Positions 23,249 through 32,200 of a stretch of DNA of 64,000 bases are shown here, one piece after another (positions within the stretch are counted from its first letter, which is position 1; the number at the start of each line of letters is the position of its first letter). The notes beneath the pieces are model-generated. The model saw only the letters and a program-made list of their open reading frames with translations. It had not been told where the DNA came from and searched no databases. This DNA comes from Schizochytrium sp. TIO01 (Eukaryota; Protista; Bigyra: Labyrinthulomycetes): positions 992,001-1,056,000 of the forward strand of contig SMSO01000033.1 in assembly GCA_004764695.1 (NCBI GenBank), written 5' to 3'. The translations under genes and the position numbers were made by a program.

Positions 23249-26200
23249 TCAAGAATACTCGTAAGGAGGAATGTTAAGCCTTGCAGGAACGAATGTTCGC
23301 CTTGCAGGTTGTCTTGCAGCTGCCGCAGCAGCAGATGACGCTGACTCAAATGCATCATCATCATACTCGTCGTCGACATCATTGGTATTGCCATAGTTTT
23401 CATAATGAGCGGCATGGTTCGTGAAATTATAATTCTGATTGTGCTCTACCTCTGCATCCTGCATGAGTGACTGTTTAGGAGAATGATGGCCATTACCCAG
23501 ATTATACCGATTAGGTGAGACTAAGCCCATACCTGTAGAAGTTAAACGGCTATGCTCCGAAGGATTAACTTGCAAAAGGTGGTGCACCTCATCCAATGGT
23601 GGAATTGCATCAGCTGGACCTCGAAAAACAATTCGATGCATCTGGTTTAAACAAAGGTGAGCCCAGTTATTTGTTTCACTGGATCCTGCCCGCGCTCGAA
23701 GCTCCACGCCCTTACGACGCAACCAAAGCTCCAAGTAGTTTTCAAAGAGTTCTGAAGGAGGGAATGTGCGCAAAACCAAACTCATCAATAGCCACCCTCT
23801 CTGTCGTGACTTTGCAGAAGGGTTATCGGTGAGCTGTTTCAAAATCTGCAGTAGAATTTCATCACGTAGCTCTGTTACTGCAAGACCCACTTGCAGAATC
23901 TCCTGTGCTAGTGATGCTGGGTATGAGTACTCTCGATCACCCATGTAGCCCAAGAGAGCTCGAAATACTTTTACAGCAAGAGAGGTAGCTGGTGTCGAGG
24001 GCAAGCGAGACAGAGAGGTTGGAATTGGCGTTGAAGAATGAGCAAGCATCCCAGACGCAAGACCAGGAGCCACAGCTCCAGTGTTTGCAGCGAATTCTGA
24101 TGGACTCTTCAGTGCTGGAAAAAGCTCCAGTCGGTGTTTTTCGCGCGTGGCTTCTTGCTCGAAAAACCGGGATTTGATTGCAAGAGTCACGTCCACAACT
24201 GTATCTTCATCGCCGCGCTCAACAGCAGCATTCAAGCGCAACCGTTCCAGTTGCGCTGGAGGCATTGACAGGAGTCTGCGCATTTCATCCGTCCTAGGCA
24301 GATCAATATGTTCACGCCGAGCCTGCTCAAGTAAAGCCCGCATTGCAGTAACATCCACTGTTTCAACAGCACGCTCAGCTTGTGTGAAAGCTGTATGCAA
24401 GCGATCACGAAGCTCCATTGCAGTCGAAGCAGTTCGTGGATTATACTTGAGGCGCCGAGCCTCCTCAAGAGTTGAATCTAGTCCTTGCAAGTCAGCCCGT
24501 TTGAAGCATTGGTCAAGACGCTCGTCAACCATCATTAAGCGGTCAAGGAGTTGTCGGGCCTTATTCACACGGGAAAGCACATGTAAATCAGGGCTGGCAC
24601 TCAATCGAAGGGTCTCGGCCTCTTCTAGAGCCTGCTCAAGAGCATCTACGTCGCGATGTTTCGTTGCTTCCTGCAGACGAACGAGAACACTTTTAATGAC
24701 GTTATGAAGGTGAGTTTCACGACGAAGCAAATTTAGCTCGTCTGCTGCAGCCTCGTGAATACGCATCTCAGCACAATCACGCAACAAATTATCTAAATCT
24801 TGCCAACTCCCATCCAAAAGAGCTTCGCGGCATCGCAATATTACACTTGACGAGAATTGCAGCGATGTAAGCTCGTCTGTTCGAGTAGGAACTTTCTTTG
24901 CAGTAGTAATTGCAGCCTCCAAAGCACCTGTCTTAACAGTAGCAACATCAACGAACCCTCCAAGAAACTTTGCATGTCCACTTCCAAGAGCTCGGACCAA
25001 GCTTTGCACTGCTTCGCGGTGCTGAATTTCATCCAGAAGCAGTGCCAACTCTCGTCGTGCCTCGGGGTGACACCATAATAGGCTAAACGAACGTGCATCC
25101 CGATCGCTGGACATAACTGATGCTCCTCCTTGGCTTCCTGGTGAAAGTGGCGATTGGGAGCGCCTCCGATTAAGTCCAGCAGGCGCGGTACTAACCATGG
25201 ATACCCAACCTTCATCTTCTTGCACAGGAATATTGCCTTCAGGAACATTGGCAACTGCACTACGCAGAACCTGAATTGCAGTTTCCCACATTTGAGGAGC
25301 GCGAGATATTTCATCATAATGGGTCAAAGCTCCGAAAGCGGGGGAGTCCATTAAAATTTGGCGGAGACGAAGAACCACACGACAAGAATGAACTAAAGCT
25401 CGAGTCTCGTCTGTTATGCGTGCAAGGGATTCCGCCTTAGCCATTGCGCGCTCAAGGCTACTAACGTTTGAGCTGGTAATACTAACAGCACCCACGCGCC
25501 CACTGACGGCACCTGAGCGAAGTGCTGCCTTCAATGCGCGGCCTGCCAATTTGTTTTCTACTTCGTGATGCAATAGTTCGATTTCTGAACCAGCTACTGG
25601 AAGCCTATGGAAAAGTACAGCTCCTTCAGATCTGCCATTGTTGCTTTGGCCCAATGATGAAGCATAAGATTGTGCTTCAGCCAGAACAACGGATGCCGTT
25701 GTATAATCTTCATTTCGAACAGCCATGCGCAGCTGACGCAACAAGCTCGCAGTTTTGCGCAGTGTAATCGACTCTTCAGACCGACAACGTGCACGCGATG
25801 CACGCCCTAGAGCTTTATCAAGAAAACTTACATCAAGTCGGTCGATGCGCAAATAGCCAAATTGCCCTGGGGCTTGGCCTGACGAAAGTGCCTGACGAAG
25901 CTCACTTACAGTTTCTAAGGTTTCAATCTCATCACGTGCTCGTTCCACCTCAGGCTGAATGAGTGCCAGTGCTGCACGCCACTGCCCAGACTCGCCACTT
26001 TGCGTGGAGATAGGGGCCTCGCGACTGCACACGCGATCGCGAATACGATCGATCGCAGTAATGCACGACGATGCGTGATCCCAAGCTGTTTCAAGGCAGG
26101 CCGCACGAAGATCGCGCACAAAAAATGCGAGTTTGTACAATGCTCGAGAATACACAGTATGGCACTTTGATTCCTGCGTTTTTGCTATCGCACTACTTAG

Positions 26201-29200
26201 TTTATCGACATTAATTCTCGATGGCAGGTATCGAGAGTAGCGACGTGCTTTCGCAGGCTTCTTCGTTGCCTTCCCCCCTGATTCGGACCTTCCTTTAGAA
26301 GATAAGCTCTTGGAACGATACTGGGACTGGTCTCGAGCAGAAGCAATTTTACCCTCACGACCATCGTGAGTTTTCACTTCCTCCTCCCCAGGAACAGTAC
26401 TAGATTTGCTCGCCTCTACACTTTCGTCATCTTCGTCATTGCGATCATCATTGCTGCTTGCCGCCATTTCTTCATCTCCGTGATGGACTTGCAGGCCAAA
26501 AGCATTGATGCCATCTTCCTCCTCCTGGCCTTCATCAAAACCATCGAGAGAGTCGCCTCCCTCTTCCTCGCTTATCTCTTCATCATCACTGAATTCCTCA
26601 CGGCTCGACGACCACACGGTTTCAGGCCCAGCCCACGCGAGTGCATCGGTCAGAAGCCGTGAAGAATCCTGATCTTCAAGTTCGTGCTTAATAAGCAGAA
26701 TTTCCCGGCGTGCAACTTCAGGAAGGCCATCTTCACCATCATGTTCTTCTTCGCAGGTTCGTAGTGCATCGCGGACAAGCGGGCAATCAACATGGCCATC
26801 CCCACCACCTTCGTCTGGACTAGCAAGAATACCATTTCGAATTTGCCGTACAGTATGCGCAGCCAACATTAACTGTTGTGCATCTGGTGTATTAACACCG
26901 ACTTCTAAAGCGCGTGCAATGGCACGGTTCAGCTGTGCTACAGAGACGTGTTGTGTACTTAGCTCTCCTGGGACACCAACGATACCTCCAGTTGAAAGAG
27001 CATGAGAGAGATCGTCAACCACGACACGACGTGTTGATTCTTCACTCGCAAGTGACCTCTCCGCAGTGAAGACTCTCACTAATGCATTCAGGTCCTTGTA
27101 TAGATCCCCAGAGGTTGAGTGCTCTGGCGTATCTTCGCGCCAATGTTTTATAATATCATAAGTAGCTTGCCAGTCGTCAGAAAGTATGGCTCTGCGCATG
27201 TCCAGCAAATATTTCGCCTCGCGCAAATATGCTAGCATTTTGCGAGACGGTCGCTGTGCTGACCCTGCAGCTTCTACAGCACCCTGGAGGGCTGCAACCT
27301 GAAGAGACGACGTGGAAATCGAGCCAACGCGACCTTGTAATGCTCCATCGCTCATTGCTTCCAAAAGCATACGTTGGACCATGCGGTCCTCGTGGCGCCC
27401 ACGAATCTCTTCATATTCTGTGCGAATGTCATCCTTCACAAGGTCAATTGATGAGTCGTGCTCACTTAAGTAAGCCAAGGTTCCAGCAGCTGCCTGTGCG
27501 CGATATTCATCCTCCTGAATACGAAAGAAATTACTCATAGCTGTAAGTTTGGCGCTCACAGAGGCCCATTGATCAGAATTAGAAATACGGAAGGCATCAC
27601 GAAGCTCAGCCAAATGTTCGCATAAATCGCAAAGTTTTATAACTTCGGGGTCATACTCGCCTCCGATTTGCTTTTGTGCGTTTTTGAGGGTTTCCCAGAG
27701 AACGCGGGCGCTCACCACAGATTTTGGGGATGCTTCAATTTTCTTCTCATCTCCTCCTACGATTGTGCCTGTCTTAACAGCCTCTGCAAGGGCTGTGACG
27801 GTGTCATGGTTAACCAACAGGCAGCGCGCATGGTACACCTGATCCTTTGCTGATGACATGCGAGCGATACACGAGTTGTCAAGTGCTTCATTTAGAATGT
27901 AGCGAAGGGCTTCGTAGTCACGCTTGAGAAGTGCTGTTCTCATTTGCAATATAAGATCAGCACCATTGACTAAATCCTGTGCTTCACGGGACTTTGGACC
28001 ACCAAGAGCAGAGTTTACAGCACTCACTGCATCGCGCAGGCCAGTGACATCGATATCAGCGATGCGAAGAGGGTGGCCACCATGGCCATTCTGAACCGCA
28101 TTTTGAATTGTTGTACGTATCCGGAAATCATTGACGTGGTCATGTGCAAGTTCGAGCTCTTTACGTGTGACAGCCGGGATAGCCACTTCGCCTAGCGTAT
28201 CAAATGAAGGAAGTTTAGCTAAAGCTGCAGCTATTATCTCAACTTCATCACCCTCCCGACCTCCATGTTCAAAACCTTCTCTAACGAGCAAAAGTATGGA
28301 GGCCAATGAGGCTAAATCTTTTGAGTAGGAGCTTAAATGTTTGCGAGCCCGGTCTGCAAAGGCAATAGCTTGTGTGAGCGATTTTGTATCCAAATTTGAG
28401 ATATTTACAACTCCAGGAGTTCCTTGCACAGAGCCATGTTCAAGTGCGTGCAGGGTTTGTGAAGTGACGGCACGCTCGCGGCACTCATCAACTAGACGCT
28501 GGAACTCACCACTCGCCTCGTCTGCACAACCAGCAAAGGTATCCGGCGGAGCGCCACCTTGAACGCTGACACCAAGATTCTTTTCTAAAAGTTGAGGCAT
28601 TTTCGACCACCCATCGGTTAAAAGTGACTTGCGTAACTGTGCCACAAGCTTTGCGGTCTTTTCAAGCTTTTTGGCTCGCTCGGTTTTACATACCAGAGTA
28701 TGAACACAGTCAAGTGCAGCATCTAAACGTTCGACGTTGCAGGAACTAGGATCGGTGTCGCCGATTTTCCCATCTACCTGGCCTTGGCTGAGTGCCGCAC
28801 AAAGTTCTCGAACAATTTTAATGTCGTCCACATGGTTCTGAATTAACTTGAGTTCATCGTTTGCGACTGATGCTATTTTAGATGCATGTGCCTTATCCAA
28901 AGCAACTTGAACAGCCCCAAGCCATTGCACAGCGTCTGGAGAACCATCAGGACGCGCTGCACCGTCTGCATCTGCAACACATGCCCGCACGTCACGTAGT
29001 CGTTTTGCTGTTTCGAAGAGCTGTTTAGACTCTGAAGATTTGCACTGCATTTTCTTCACCTTTTCTATAGCGTCATTCAGGACAACAACAGAAAGCTGGT
29101 CAAGATCGAGAGCACCGATGGAGCCTCCGACAGCACCCTGGCGGATTGCTGATGTTAAAGACGCAACAATCTTGCGGTTCTCGATTTCATCGCTGATCAG

Positions 29201-32200
29201 AGTCACCTCTTGTTCGACACTATCGACAAGACTAAACCCGTGTTGCGCCAATATTGTCTCAGGAGAGTATCTTTTGAGAATTGCTTCTGCAGCAGTCCAG
29301 TCAGGCCCCGCGAGAAGTGCTTCACGCAAAGAAACCGCTACCTTGGCACTTTCAAGGAGTTGAGCCGCACTTGTGGTCTTGGATTCATGCTCACTGTACT
29401 TCTCTGTTACTTTGATAAGGTTTCCAAGTTTTACAGAAGCTAGATCAATCGCACCAATGCGACCCTTTGGTTGGCCTTGAAGAAGCGCTTCAGCTAGATC
29501 ATGGCACATGGACTCGTCTTCATACTTATCGCGCATCAATTCTAGCTCTTTCTGTGCTGGCTCAACATCGCGGAGCTTTGTCTCGTCAATACCGACATCA
29601 TGATCCTCAACACGAAGGAAACTTTGACGCACCGCATCATCCACGAGCGGGCCGAGTTGAATGAATCTCTTTTCAGCCAGTGCTGCTCGTGCTGCGCGCA
29701 CAATTTTACTAGCTGCAAAAAGATGCTGAGCTCGACCCGATTCACATCGAAGCTTTTGTGCAAGGGCCAAAGCTTCATCAAGCACATGAAAGGTAATTGT
29801 GTCAACACGAAGGTCTTCGAGGGTGCCCGACGGCCCACCTGACCGGAGAGCATGCTCCAGCGAATGAAGAATACGCCTATTATTCATTTCTTTTGTAGCT
29901 GTCTTCACCTCATCTTCAGCAAGTGGAAGAATGCGCTTAAATCTAGCCTCGTCAAGCGCATGTTCAACCATGTCCCAATCTTCAGATACAAGACCGCGAC
30001 GAATGCGAAGGACAAGGTTTGCGTTTTCCAAAAGTTCCTTGGCTTCTTTCGTATGGCATCCAAGCTCGTTTGCATCATTTACATCTGCCTGTAGAGACTC
30101 AACATCAATGGATGACAGATCAAGCTCTCCAATAGGTCCACTGGGAGCACCAGAGCTCAAAGCTTTCGTAAGCTCTGCAATAATAGTTCGATTATTAAGC
30201 TCATCCTGGATAAGCTCAACTTCAATTTCCGTGGCATCAAAGCTCTCCTTTTGCTCTGCACCCGCGAGCAGGATTGACTCAACCTGGTCCCAGTTATCGT
30301 CAATAATTGCGCTCCGCAAATCGATAAGTTCTTGAATTGCAAAGAAGGCCTCCTGAGCAAGTGTCGATTGGGGCTGTGATCCGGATGCTATCGCGTCTAG
30401 TTTACTTTGAGCATCTTTTAGCGCTGATTCTAAAGGTTTGGTGTCAATTTTATTTACCTTAAGGTGGCCAACCGTTCCACTTACAGCTCCCGACGCCCTA
30501 ACTGCTTTTTGAAGGATATGGATGCACTCCTTTTCAGTCAGATCATGCAATACAAGATTGAGCTCGTCTCGGCACTGATCTGGAGCATCATGTTTTTTCA
30601 CGAGCTTTTGTGCTTCGCGAACGTTCTCTAGTATGCTGAAATCATTAGCATTTTTCAAGAGATCGACCCGAATTGAGCGCATGTATTGTACGAGAATGAG
30701 AAGGGCTGCACTACGTGCAGAGGGTCCGACACCGTTGAGGATCTTTTTTACCCAGTCAATCACTTCATCAAGATCCCGTGTAGACTTTGACGATGAAACC
30801 TTAAGCTTGCCGACCTTTCCAGAGATTGCTGGTTTACATAATGCCTCTGAAGCTTTGGATTCGAGAAGGTGAGCATAATATATCTTCCAAATGAGCTCTT
30901 GCTCCGACTTGACTGCCTCAAGATACATTTTCGCATACATATCGTTCGGGTCAAGTCCCTCATTCAAAGCAATCTGTGCACCATCAGTCTCCAAGAGAGG
31001 CGCCATTGCCTCAAAGTGAAAGTCGCGTGCTGCTTCGCGAAGCCGGGAGTGTTTTTCTGCGCTCCTGATTACGTTCTTGGCAACTGCTGCCGACGAGCCA
31101 AGCATTTTTGCATCTTCGATGTCTTCCCGCAGACGTGTTGAGGAAGCCTGTGACACGTCTGGGTTGGTCGCGTCTCCCGCTACAGCATCATGTTGCACAG
31201 ATGAGCTAATTTCCGCAACGACTGTGTAGCATGCAACTTCAGCCTTGCAAAGGTCAAGCTCTTGGCGAGGAAGATGAAAACGTTCTAGTTCACCATTCTC
31301 TTCTAATTGGTTTGCACGAGCAAGTAAAGTTTCAGAAGATGGCCAATCACATTTTTTCATACTGTCGCGGAGTGCCAGAATGAGTTCTGCATAATCTGCA
31401 AGAGCCTTTCCGCGTGGAGTGAGATCATCCTGCATATTTGCAGCTTTTGTCCACGCTTTGCGAAGAGAATCTGAACTTATCTTCGATCGATCTAGATTTC
31501 CTGGTTCGCCCCGAGGCCCTCCCTTCTCAAGACCAGCTAGAAGGGCTTCACTAACCTTTTCTTCACGCACAACTTGTTCCAATCTATCTTTAGCTTCACG
31601 AAGCTCTTCCTCACAGAACGGAGCTCCGTGCTCGTTTTGCAGAGCTTCTACCCTTTTGATAGCTTCTACTAAGTCGGGCTTGAAAGACGCATGTGTTGCG
31701 CTACGAAGTTCTTTCTTAGCTTGAATAAGATTCCTCACGCCCTGGATGCGACGATCGAAGTTTTTAATAACCGGTGCCAGCTCAGGATATTTTTCTGCTA
31801 TTTGTAGACGCTCACATGCAGACAGAGTATCTTCGATTTCCTCATAACGATCTGCAGCAGCAGCAGGTTGAGCTTGAAGCACGGCTTCAAGGTCTTCTAC
31901 TTGAGCACAAAGTGTGAGCTCCTTCTCGATTTCCGCCATCGTTTCTCGCGCTTCCCGAAGTTCCCTGTGCAAATTAAACGGAGGTTTGACTCTCTCTTCA
32001 GCATCAAACACTGCCTCGGAAATGTCCATAAGCTCACGAGACTGAATAGCTGCGTTAAGAGATTGCTGGATTTCACGGAAGTTGGCTACACGCGCGCGCG
32101 CAAGAAATCCTCTACCAATTCTAGTTAATACTCTTCCAGCAACGGCACGAGCAGCTTCACGTTTGGCTTCCAAGTATAAATGCTCTGGAGCACGGTACAG

